Assembly (NCBI GenBank): GCA_052034115.1 | Contig: JBPOIZ010000005.1 | Span: 12,883-76,882, forward strand | Direction: 5' to 3' | DNA from: Actinomycetota bacterium | GTDB taxonomy: Bacteria; Actinomycetota; Actinomycetes; Actinomycetales; Dermatophilaceae | DNA length: 64,000 nt | Shown here: one piece after another, positions 39,437-47,350 of the stretch | Position numbering within the stretch: the first letter of the stretch is position 1 | Layout of the letters: every line of letters begins with the position of its first letter | Translations under genes and position numbers: made by a program | The notes under the pieces: model-generated | What the model was told of the DNA's origin: nothing | The model's input: only the letters and a program-made list of their open reading frames with translations | Database searches by the model: none

Positions 39437-39670
39437 TCACTCTGCGTCGTCGGGGCTGCTGCCGAGCGGGTGGGTAGCGACGAACTCGCGAGTCTGCGCG
39501 TACATCCGCTGGATGTACCCCTCCAGCTCGCTCGCCTCCACCCGCCACTGGCCGCGGCCGCCCACCTTGATGGCCGGCAGGTCGCCCGTGCGCACCAAGG
39601 CGTAGGCCTGCGCGGAGGAGATGTTGAGAATCTCGCAGACCTCGGTGAGCTGCAGGAAGCGCGGCGCCAT
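39437..39670 (-). CDS. Small excisionase/MerR-like helix-turn-helix DNA-binding protein
   Basis: 77 aa from ATG 39670. FLQLTEVCEILNISSAQAYALVRTGDLPAIKVGGRGQWRVEASELEGYI is a typical excisionase-family HTH. Confidence 0.8.
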   Translation of the reverse strand: MAPRFLQLTEVCEILNISSAQAYALVRTGDLPAIKVGGRGQWRVEASELEGYIQRMYAQTREFVATHPLGSSPDDAE

Positions 39671-39688
39671 GAGAAACCCCCAGTGAGG

Positions 39689-39780
39689 CGTGGATAGCCA
39701 GGACAGTATCGCAGGGGAAGGTGTATTTGACGCGATTCGGTCGTCTTTGCCTGTGGATAGCGCCAGGAATCTGTGGATGA
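39689..39780 (-). repeat. Three same-orientation 9-mers resembling DnaA boxes (CTATCCACG, CTATCCACA, TCATCCACA on the minus strand)
   Basis: The plus strand reads cGTGGATAG (39689-39697), TGTGGATAG (39752-39760) and TGTGGATGA (39772-39780). All three lie in the 178-nt divergent spacer between the HTH gene and the SAF gene. Confidence 0.45.
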
Positions 39781-39848
39781 GGGGGTGCTCCGCACCCCCA
39801 TGGACCATGATGAGTGCGCACCGTCGATCGCATCCAGGGGAGATCGTC

Positions 39849-40514
39849 ATGCCTGACCTTCCGGCGCCGCCGGCCAAACGGCTGCACCGTCCGTCGTGGC
39901 GCGATCCGCGCCTGGCCGTCGGCGTCCTGATCGTCCTGGCCTCCACCCTGCTGGGGGCGCGCATCGTGGCGGCCGCCGACGACACCGTGCCGACCTTCGC
40001 TGCCCGCGTCGACCTCAAACCGGGGGACCGGATCGAGGCTGGTTCGCTGCTTCGTGTCGACGTCCAGCTGGGTGACGGAGCGGGGGCCTACCTCGATGGG
40101 GCGGCCGGTGCGCCGGCGGACGGCTTTGCGCTGCGGGAGATCCGTGCCGGGGAGCTGGTGCCCCGCTCGGCCATCGGCGGAGCGGAGCAGATCGACGTCC
40201 AGCCGGTGACGGTGGAGGCCGACGCTCTGTCCGCCTCGGCCCTGGTCGTCGGCTCGGTCGTCGATGTCTACGTCAGCCGGCGTGACGTCTCGGCGACCCA
40301 GGACCGCTACGCGGACCCCGTCCTGATGCTGGGGCGGGTCTCGGTGTCGTGGCTCCCGGCGACGCCGGATCGGTTCGGGGGTGCGGGCTCGACGTCCGCG
40401 GTCCAGGTGCTCGTGCCGACCGACGCGGTGCCCGAGCTGCTCGCAGCGATCGACAGCGAGTCCAGGGTGGCCCTGGTGCCCGTGCCGGGGTCGGCCCGCA
40501 AGGGCGGCTCATGA
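39849..40514 (+). CDS. SAF-domain membrane protein (CpaB/RcpC-like)
   Basis: ORF 39690..40514, with the start at ATG 39849. It has an N-terminal TM segment (LAVGVLIVLASTLLGARIV) followed by a SAF-like segment (VPTFAARVDLKPGDRIEAGSLLRVDV). Confidence 0.75.
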   Translation: MPDLPAPPAKRLHRPSWRDPRLAVGVLIVLASTLLGARIVAAADDTVPTFAARVDLKPGDRIEAGSLLRVDVQLGDGAGAYLDGAAGAPADGFALREIRAGELVPRSAIGGAEQIDVQPVTVEADALSASALVVGSVVDVYVSRRDVSATQDRYADPVLMLGRVSVSWLPATPDRFGGAGSTSAVQVLVPTDAVPELLAAIDSESRVALVPVPGSARKGGS

Positions 40515-41809
40515 CCCAGGTGCTCACCGCGGTGGGGGCTCGGTGGGAGGGTCACATCGCGACCGTCATCGAGGGGTCGGAGCACGTGCGCATCAGTCGT
40601 CGGTGCGCCGATGTGGCCGATCTGCTGGCGACCGCGGCGGCCGGGCTCGGCGATGCCGTCCTGGTGACCGCGGACTTGCGCGGTCTTGATCTGTCCCTGG
40701 TATCCGACCTGCAGGGACTCGGCCTGCGGATCGTGGGCCTGACCGTCGAGGGGTCGGAGGCTGAGGAACGTTGGCTCCGCTCGCTGGGCGTCACCGTGCT
40801 GGCCCCGGTGCGTTCCGAGTTGGCCGAGCTCGAGGCGGCCCTGCTCGTGCGCACACCGCTTGGGCGAGACCACGAGCCCGCCGTGACGGCGGAGGCTGCG
40901 GCCGCCTCCGCGGTGCCCGCCGCCGATAGCGCCGTCGCCGAGCCTGCCGAGCTCATGCCTCCCGGCGCACCCAAGGGCGTGGTCATCGCCGTATGGGGGC
41001 CGATCGGCGCACCGGGGCGGACCACGGTGGCCGTCAACCTCGCCGCCGAGGTCGCCGCGGCGGGTCGGCGCACCCTCCTGATCGACCTCGACACGTATGG
41101 CGGGACGGTGGCGCAGGTCCTCTCGCTGCTCGACGAAGCCCCGGGCATCGCGGCCGCCTGTCGAGCCGCGGAGCAGGGCAGCCTGGACGTCGTGGCGCTG
41201 GCCAGGCTCAGTCCTGAGGTGGTCCCTCGGCTGCGGGTCCTCACCGGGGTCCCCAAACCGCAGCGGTGGACAGAGTTGCGCGCGGCGGCGGTCGAGCGGG
41301 TCCTCGATCTGGGGGTCATGCTCGCCGAGGTGGTCATCGTCGACTGCGGGTTCTGTCTCGAGGACGACGAGGAGCTCTCCTACGACACCCTCGCCCCGCG
41401 GCGCAACGCCACCACGCTGAGTGCGCTGGCCCACGCCGACGTCCTGCTTGCCGTCGGGGCCGCCGAGCCGGTCGGCCTCCAGCGGCTGGTCCGGGGCCTC
41501 CAAGAGCTCACCGACGTCGAGGCGCCGACCCCCTTCGTCGTCGTCACCAAGGTCCGCCCCGGTGCGGTCGGCCCCCGGCCGGAGCAGGCCATCGCCGAGA
41601 CCCTGGCGCGCTTCGCCGGGATCGACCACCTGGCCTTCGTCCCCGACGACCGGGCCGTCCTGGACGCCGCGATGCTTGCCGGGCGCACGCTCGTCGAGCA
41701 CGCGCCCTCCTCGGCGGCGCGACTGGCCATCGCCGAGCTGGCCCACGAGGTGGCCGGCATACCGGCCCCGGTCCGGCGGCGCGGCCGCCGTGGGACGATG
41801 GGCGCGTGA
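40511..41809 (+). CDS. TadZ/CpaE/Ssd-like MinD/ParA-fold P-loop protein with N-terminal pseudo-receiver domain
   Basis: Start ATG 40511 overlaps the SAF-gene stop (ATGA). The N-terminal ~100 aa are CheY-like without an acidic pocket. The P-loop reads VIAVWGPIGAPGRTTVAVNLA, followed by LLIDLDTYGG. Confidence 0.8.
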   Translation: MTQVLTAVGARWEGHIATVIEGSEHVRISRRCADVADLLATAAAGLGDAVLVTADLRGLDLSLVSDLQGLGLRIVGLTVEGSEAEERWLRSLGVTVLAPVRSELAELEAALLVRTPLGRDHEPAVTAEAAAASAVPAADSAVAEPAELMPPGAPKGVVIAVWGPIGAPGRTTVAVNLAAEVAAAGRRTLLIDLDTYGGTVAQVLSLLDEAPGIAAACRAAEQGSLDVVALARLSPEVVPRLRVLTGVPKPQRWTELRAAAVERVLDLGVMLAEVVIVDCGFCLEDDEELSYDTLAPRRNATTLSALAHADVLLAVGAAEPVGLQRLVRGLQELTDVEAPTPFVVVTKVRPGAVGPRPEQAIAETLARFAGIDHLAFVPDDRAVLDAAMLAGRTLVEHAPSSAARLAIAELAHEVAGIPAPVRRRGRRGTMGA

Positions 41810-43239
41810 CGGATCGCTTGACCTCCCTGGACGCCTCCTTCCTCTATCTGGAGGAACCGACGACGGCGATGCACGTCAGCTCGGTCATGGTGTTCCAGCC
41901 TCCGGCAGCCGGGTTCGACTACGACCGGCTCGTCGGGCTGATCCGGCAGCGCATCGGTCAGATGCCTCGCTACCGGCAGACGGTCCGCGACGTGCCCGGC
42001 CGGTTGGCCAACCCGGTCTGGGTCGACGACCGGCACTTCGACCTGAGTTACCACGTCCGCCGCTCGGCCCTGCCGCGACCGGGCTCCGACGAGCAACTGC
42101 AGGAGTTCGTCGCCCGCGTGCAGCCACGCCCGTTGGACCGCAGCCGCCCGTTGTGGGAGGTCTATCTCGTCGAAGGCCTCCAACACGGCCGGTTTGCGAT
42201 CGTCACCAAGACGCATCAGGCCCTGGTCGACGGGGTCAACGCGCTCGACATCGCCCACCTGCTGGTGTCCGGCCAGTCGGCCGAGATCGGTGCGACGGAG
42301 GACACCTGGCTTCCGAGTTCCGCACCGAGTGACCTGCGGCTCGTGACCGGCGCCGTCGTGGACAGCCTGCGCACCCCGGGCCGGCTCGTCGACGCGGTGC
42401 GTGAGGGGGTCCGGGAGGTCCGCGAGGTCGGCGCTCGGGCCACCGAAGGGCTGGGCGCGGTGGTCTCGACCCTGGCCCGGACCGCCGCCCGACCGGCGCC
42501 GGCGTCGCCGCTGAATGCCGAGATCGGCACCTCGCGACGGTTCGTCATGGTCGGCACCGATCTGGCCGACTACCGCACGATCCGCAACCGTATTCGCGCC
42601 CGCACCCCGAGCGACGACCTCGCGGTGAATGACGTCATCCTGGCCACCCTGGCCGGGGCGTTCCGGGCGTGGCTGCTGACCCGGGGGGAGGCGGTCCACA
42701 GTGGGACGGTCCTGCGGGCCATGGTGCCGGTGAGCATGTACTCCGCCCCGACCCATTCGGACAGCGCCGCTGCGATGGGCAACCGACTGATCGCCTGTTT
42801 CGTCGACCTCCCGGTCGGAGAGCCGGCACCCTCGATGCGCCTTCACCAGGTCTCGTATCAGATGCGCAAACAGATCGAGGACGGTCACGCGGTCGAGGCG
42901 GACACCTTGGCCGGGGTCGCAGGCTTCGTGTCGCCCACGCTGCATTCGCTGGCCGCCCGGTTGGGATCGGCGGCCTCGCGGCGGTTCTTCAACGTCATGG
43001 TCACCAACGTGCCCGGACCCCAGTCGGCGTTGTATGCCGGAACCGCTCGCATGCTGTCCACCTACCCGGTCATGCCGCTGGCCAAGGGGCAGGCGCTGGC
43101 GATCGGCCTGACGTCATACGACGGCGGGGTCTTCTACGGTCTCAACGCCGACCGCGCCGCCCTGCCGGACGTCGACATCGTCGGGCAGAGCATCGTGGAA
43201 TCCCTCCACGAGTTGCTCGCGGCGACGGAGGACGACTGA
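41806..43239 (+). CDS. Wax ester synthase/diacylglycerol acyltransferase (WS/DGAT) family protein
   Basis: Start GTG 41806 overlaps the upstream stop (GTGA). The N-terminus is LTSLDASFLYLEEPTTAMHV. The active-site region reads AIVTKTHQALVDG (canonical HHxxxDG). The C-terminus carries NVPGPQ. Confidence 0.88.
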   Translation: MTDRLTSLDASFLYLEEPTTAMHVSSVMVFQPPAAGFDYDRLVGLIRQRIGQMPRYRQTVRDVPGRLANPVWVDDRHFDLSYHVRRSALPRPGSDEQLQEFVARVQPRPLDRSRPLWEVYLVEGLQHGRFAIVTKTHQALVDGVNALDIAHLLVSGQSAEIGATEDTWLPSSAPSDLRLVTGAVVDSLRTPGRLVDAVREGVREVREVGARATEGLGAVVSTLARTAARPAPASPLNAEIGTSRRFVMVGTDLADYRTIRNRIRARTPSDDLAVNDVILATLAGAFRAWLLTRGEAVHSGTVLRAMVPVSMYSAPTHSDSAAAMGNRLIACFVDLPVGEPAPSMRLHQVSYQMRKQIEDGHAVEADTLAGVAGFVSPTLHSLAARLGSAASRRFFNVMVTNVPGPQSALYAGTARMLSTYPVMPLAKGQALAIGLTSYDGGVFYGLNADRAALPDVDIVGQSIVESLHELLAATEDD

Positions 43240-44237
43240 TGGGTCGCCGGGCGCTCGTTCTCGGCGGAGGTGGCGTCCTGGGCGCCGCCTGGATGGTCGG
43301 GGCGTTGACCGCGCTGGAGGAGCACGAGGGCATCGACGCCCGGCACTACGACCTCATCGTCGGCACCTCCGCAGGGTCGGTGATCGGCTCGTTGCTCGCC
43401 TGCGGGGTCTCCGTTGCCGAGCTGCGTGAGCAGCAGCTCGATGGCCAGGTGACCACCGGTCCGCTGGCCGGCTATGCCTGGGACGACGAGACGGCCACCG
43501 GCGGCGACCGGCCCCCGTGGCCCAAGGCGGCCCTCGGGTCGATCGAGTTGCTCCGCCGGGGTCGCAAGGAGCTCGGTCAGCTGCCGCCGACCGCGGTTGC
43601 GGCCGCCATCATCCCGGAGGGCCGGGGCCGGCTGGACACGGTCGGTGCGATGGTGCGCCATGTCGCCCCGGCCGGCTGGGCCCGGCATCCGCGGCTCGCG
43701 GTGACCGCGTTCGACCTCGATGCCGGCACCAGAGTGGCCTTCGGTCGCCCGGACAGCCCGACGGCCGACCTCGCCGACGCCGTCATGGCGTCGTGCGCCA
43801 TCCCCGGCTGGTACGAGCCGGTGAGCCTGGGCGGCCGGCGGTATGTCGATGGGGGCGCGTGGTCGTCGACCAACGCCGATCTGCTCATCGGGGAGCGCCT
43901 CGACGACATCGTCGTCATCGCACCGCAAGTGTCGTTCGCGCCCGATCAGCCTTCGCGCCTGGTCACCAGGGTCGAGCGGCAGTGGCGCGCCCGGGTCACC
44001 GCCCGGGTGCTGCGCGAGCTGCAGGACGTCCACGCCGACGGGGCGGATGTGACCGTTCTGGGGCCCGGACCTGAGGACCTCGAGGCCTTCGGACCCAACA
44101 TGATGGACGTGACGAGGCGGCCACGGGTCATCGAGACCTCGCTACGCACCTCGCTGTCCGCGCTCGAACAGGCCGGGGAGCTGCCGCGGGCCAGCGACTT
44201 CGATGCCGTCGCCGCGACGTTGGAGTCCCCCGCGTGA
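43239..44237 (+). CDS. Patatin-like phospholipase
   Basis: Start ATG 43239 shares 1 nt with the upstream stop (TGATG). It has the glycine-rich loop LVLGGGGVLGAAW, the nucleophile elbow GTSAGS and the catalytic Asp context YVDGGAWS. Confidence 0.88.
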   Translation: MGRRALVLGGGGVLGAAWMVGALTALEEHEGIDARHYDLIVGTSAGSVIGSLLACGVSVAELREQQLDGQVTTGPLAGYAWDDETATGGDRPPWPKAALGSIELLRRGRKELGQLPPTAVAAAIIPEGRGRLDTVGAMVRHVAPAGWARHPRLAVTAFDLDAGTRVAFGRPDSPTADLADAVMASCAIPGWYEPVSLGGRRYVDGGAWSSTNADLLIGERLDDIVVIAPQVSFAPDQPSRLVTRVERQWRARVTARVLRELQDVHADGADVTVLGPGPEDLEAFGPNMMDVTRRPRVIETSLRTSLSALEQAGELPRASDFDAVAATLESPA

Positions 44238-44617
44238 AGCGCCGCTGCTATCTCCCGGTGACCGCCGCCGATCTGGAGGACCTCGCCCGCTCGGGGCACC
44301 TACCGGTGGGCGGCCGCCCGGCATACGCGGTCACCGACGGGCTGCGCGCGGCGAACCGGTCCCTGACCGACGTGGAGGACCTGGAGTACCTCGCCTACGA
44401 GGCCGCGGTGGGGGCGGCGCCAGATCCTGTCGTCGTGGTGGCCCTCGACGCGGCCGTCGCAGCCGACCTGACCGGGTCCCTGGTGGCGCTGGCCGGCGAG
44501 GTCGCCCGCGCGGATGTCGCCAGCTTCCACGTGGCCGGCGACGCGCCGGACGATGACGGGCACTTGCTCTGGTATGACGTGAGCGAGCTCGACCTGGTCC
44601 GCGACCGGCTGGCCTGA
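44234..44617 (+). CDS. Small acidic conserved hypothetical protein
   Basis: 127 aa. Start GTG 44234 overlaps the patatin stop (GTGA). Third-position GC is high and I recognise no domain. Confidence 0.6.
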   Translation: MKRRCYLPVTAADLEDLARSGHLPVGGRPAYAVTDGLRAANRSLTDVEDLEYLAYEAAVGAAPDPVVVVALDAAVAADLTGSLVALAGEVARADVASFHVAGDAPDDDGHLLWYDVSELDLVRDRLA

Positions 44618-44700
44618 GCGGAACCCCCGGTCGGGAGCCTGCGTCCACTCGTGCCACGATGGGTGCACCCCACGACGACGACGTCAGGAGATGGCTCCCC

Positions 44701-46329
44701 ATGGACGCTGTGACCCAGGTCCCCCCGCCGGTCAACGAGAAGGTGCTCGACTACGCTCCGGGCAGCCCGGAACGAGCCGATCTCGAGTCAGCCCTGCTCC
44801 GGGTGGGACACTCGCCCCGGGACCTGACGATGACCATCGGTGGGGAGAAGCGACACGGCCGCGGGGGTCCGATCGAGGTCCACCAGCCGCACGCCAAGGC
44901 CAACCTGCTGGGCGTCACCCACGACAGCACCGCCGAGGACGCGCACGACGCCATCGCCGCTGCATCGGCCGCAGCACCGGGTTGGCGGGACATGTCGTAT
45001 GACGACCGGGCCGCGATCTTCCTCAAGGCATCGAGTCTGCTGGCCGGGCCGTGGCGCTCGACCCTGAACGCCGCGACCATGCTCGGCCAGAGCAAGACGG
45101 CCTACCAGGCCGAGATCGACGCGGCCTGTGAACTGATCGACTTCTGGCGCTTCAACGTGCACTTCGGGCGGCAGATCCTCGCCGAGCAGCCGCCGGTGTC
45201 ACCGTCGGGGTTGTGGAACCGCACCGAGTACCGGCCGTTGGAGGGCTTCGTCTACGCCATCACCCCGTTCAACTTCACCGCCATCGGCGGCAACCTGCCC
45301 ACGGCACCGGCGCTGATGGGCAACACCGTCATCTGGAAGCCGGCTACCACCCAGCTCCTCGCCGCGCACTACACGATGGCGTTGCTCGAGGAGGCGGGCC
45401 TGCCGCCGGGCGTGATCAACCTCGTCACCGGACACGGTCGGGCGCTGTCCGACGTCCTCATCGCGGACCGTGACTTCGCCGGGCTGCACTTCACCGGGTC
45501 GACCTCGGTGTTCCAGATGCTGTGGCAGCGCTCCGCGGCGAACCTTGCCCACTACCGCTCCTACCCCAGAATCGTGGGGGAGACCGGCGGCAAGGACTTC
45601 GTCGTGGCCCATCCCAGCGCCGACCCGGACGTCCTGCGGACGGCGTTGATCCGCGGCGCCTTCGAGTACCAGGGGCAGAAGTGCTCCGCCGCCTCGCGGG
45701 CCTACGTCCCGCAGTCCCTGTGGGACCAGATCAAGGACGATCTGGTCTCCCTCACCGATGACCTGGCGATGGGGGACGTCACCGACCTGCGCAACTTCAT
45801 GGGCGCGGTCATCGACGAGCGTGCGTTCACCCGGCACAAGGCATGCATCGACCGGGCCCACGCCACCGATGGTCTGCACGTGGTCGCCGGCGGCACGTAT
45901 GACGACAGCGAGGGCTGGTTCGTGCGCCCGACCATCGTGGTGTCCGATGACCCGACCGACGAGATGTTCGCCACGGAGTACTTCGGGCCGATCCTCGTGG
46001 TCTCGGTCTACCCGGACTCCGACTACAGCGCGATGTTGGACCAGATGGAGTCTTTCGCGCCCTACGCCCTCACCGGGTCGATCATCGCCCAGGACCGGCG
46101 CGCCATCGTCGAGGCGAGCCAGCGGCTGCGGTTCGCCGCCGGCAACTTCTACATCAACGACAAACCGACCGGAGCGGTGGTGGGTCAGCAGCCGTTCGGG
46201 GGTGCGCGCGCTTCGGGCACCAACGACAAGGCCGGAGCCGCGCAGAACCTCATGCGCTGGTGCTCGACCCGCTCGATCAAGGAGAACTTCGTCCCACCGA
46301 AGGAACACGCCTACCCGCACATGGGCTGA
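44701..46329 (+). CDS. pruA: L-glutamate gamma-semialdehyde (delta-1-pyrroline-5-carboxylate) dehydrogenase
   Basis: ORF 44659..46329, with the start at ATG 44701 (AGGAG upstream). It belongs to the aldehyde dehydrogenase superfamily, with the catalytic Cys in EYQGQKCSAASR and Glu in VGETGGKDF. The P5CDH-type N-terminus is VNEKVLDYAPGSPER. Confidence 0.92.
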   Translation: MDAVTQVPPPVNEKVLDYAPGSPERADLESALLRVGHSPRDLTMTIGGEKRHGRGGPIEVHQPHAKANLLGVTHDSTAEDAHDAIAAASAAAPGWRDMSYDDRAAIFLKASSLLAGPWRSTLNAATMLGQSKTAYQAEIDAACELIDFWRFNVHFGRQILAEQPPVSPSGLWNRTEYRPLEGFVYAITPFNFTAIGGNLPTAPALMGNTVIWKPATTQLLAAHYTMALLEEAGLPPGVINLVTGHGRALSDVLIADRDFAGLHFTGSTSVFQMLWQRSAANLAHYRSYPRIVGETGGKDFVVAHPSADPDVLRTALIRGAFEYQGQKCSAASRAYVPQSLWDQIKDDLVSLTDDLAMGDVTDLRNFMGAVIDERAFTRHKACIDRAHATDGLHVVAGGTYDDSEGWFVRPTIVVSDDPTDEMFATEYFGPILVVSVYPDSDYSAMLDQMESFAPYALTGSIIAQDRRAIVEASQRLRFAAGNFYINDKPTGAVVGQQPFGGARASGTNDKAGAAQNLMRWCSTRSIKENFVPPKEHAYPHMG

Positions 46330-46359
46330 CGCCCGGGCCGCGGCACCCTGGTTGGCCGC

Positions 46360-46851
46360 CTAGTCGGACAACCAGGTGTCACCGGTCGCCTGCTCGTGCC
46401 GGATGGCGCTGTCGATGGCCGGTTCGGCGGCCCGCTCGACCTTGCTTCCGAGCAGCGGGATCCGTGCCTTGAGGTCGCCGTCGATGTCGAGCCGAGTGCC
46501 GGTGGTCGTCGGCACCATGTGGACCGAGGCGTGGAAGCCCACGGGAAGGTCACCGACGCGAACCTCGAGCCGGGCCCGGCGGGAGCCGTCGACGCCCGGC
46601 AGGTCCCAGGACCACGTCTCGGTGATCCCCAAGGTGGCGCCGACGATGGATTTGGCGAAGTCGGGGAAGACGTCGGTGGGCACGATGCGGTGGGCCAGGA
46701 CATGAGCTCGCTCAGCCGGTCCGCTGATGGTCACCTCGTAGTCGACGGCGCCCGTGGCCGCGCACTTGGCCTCCTGGAAGGCCTGGTCGGTGACCATGTC
46801 ATAGACCTCGTCGGGCGTCGCGGGGTAACTCATCGTCCGGCTGATCCTCAT
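46360..46851 (-). CDS. SRPBCC-superfamily protein (DUF2505-like)
   Basis: Inside ORF 46360..47463, with the start at ATG 46851 (MRISRTMSYPATPDEVYDMVTDQAFQEAKC). The length and pattern fit DUF2505/polyketide-cyclase-like lipid-binding folds. Confidence 0.75.
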   Translation of the reverse strand: MRISRTMSYPATPDEVYDMVTDQAFQEAKCAATGAVDYEVTISGPAERAHVLAHRIVPTDVFPDFAKSIVGATLGITETWSWDLPGVDGSRRARLEVRVGDLPVGFHASVHMVPTTTGTRLDIDGDLKARIPLLGSKVERAAEPAIDSAIRHEQATGDTWLSD

Positions 46852-46861
46852 GGGCGGCAGG

Positions 46862-47350
46862 CTATCCCGAGAACGAACCCGCCTCGGCACGCAGCCGTCC
46901 CGACGTGTCGCGCAAGACGGCGGTGAGCTCGTCACAGGATCGGACCAGGTGGGCTCGGGCTCGCCCGATGTGGCTGTGGATCCGGTCGAGCCGGCTCTGG
47001 AGCGTTCTCGCAGCGTCGGCACAGGCCGCGCTGCTGGTCGCGTCGAGACGACGTGGACCCCATCGGTCGACGACGACCCATCCGTCGACATCCAGCCGGA
47101 GTTCCGCGGCGTCACTCTCCACTCGTCGGAGCTTGGCCTGGGCGTCGGCCAGCTCGACGGCATACCGCTGGAACACTCCGGTGGCGCGGTCGGCCAGGTC
47201 GGCAAGCCCCACGAGCTCGTGGGGCCCGCCGGGCCAGGCCGGCGCGGCCTCGCCGGGGTCGGTCGGCGGTGCCGCGGACCGCAGGGTCTGGGCCACCCGA
47301 TGCAGCTCGGCGCCGAGCGCCGAGCACGACCCCGGGTCACCGCGGAGCAT
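46862..47350 (-). CDS. Hypothetical helical protein with an N-terminal helix-WxG-helix-like segment
   Basis: 162 aa. Of the first 23 codons, 21 end in G/C (hand count). The sequence begins MLRGDPGSCSALGAELHRVAQTLR...AWPGGPHELVGLADLADRATGVFQRYAVELADAQAKL. It lies 10 nt upstream of the SRPBCC gene. Confidence 0.55.
   Translation of the reverse strand: MLRGDPGSCSALGAELHRVAQTLRSAAPPTDPGEAAPAWPGGPHELVGLADLADRATGVFQRYAVELADAQAKLRRVESDAAELRLDVDGWVVVDRWGPRRLDATSSAACADAARTLQSRLDRIHSHIGRARAHLVRSCDELTAVLRDTSGRLRAEAGSFSG

Noticed and set aside
39437-39670. The excisionase-family HTH gene as a remnant of a prophage or integrative element.
   Set aside because: There is no integrase, tRNA, att-like flanking repeats, phage genes or compositional shift nearby. 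As far as I recall, the gene sits in a conserved chromosomal neighbourhood (secA ... SAF/ParA-like).
39671-39848. 6C small RNA, which is known to sit next to ssd/ParA-like genes in Mycobacterium and Corynebacterium.
   Set aside because: I looked on both strands for two hairpins with loops of at least six cytosines. I found only runs of five C that are part of stems (GGGGGTGC/GCACCCCC) or are unpaired without a flanking stem. A covariance-model search would be needed to exclude a divergent copy.
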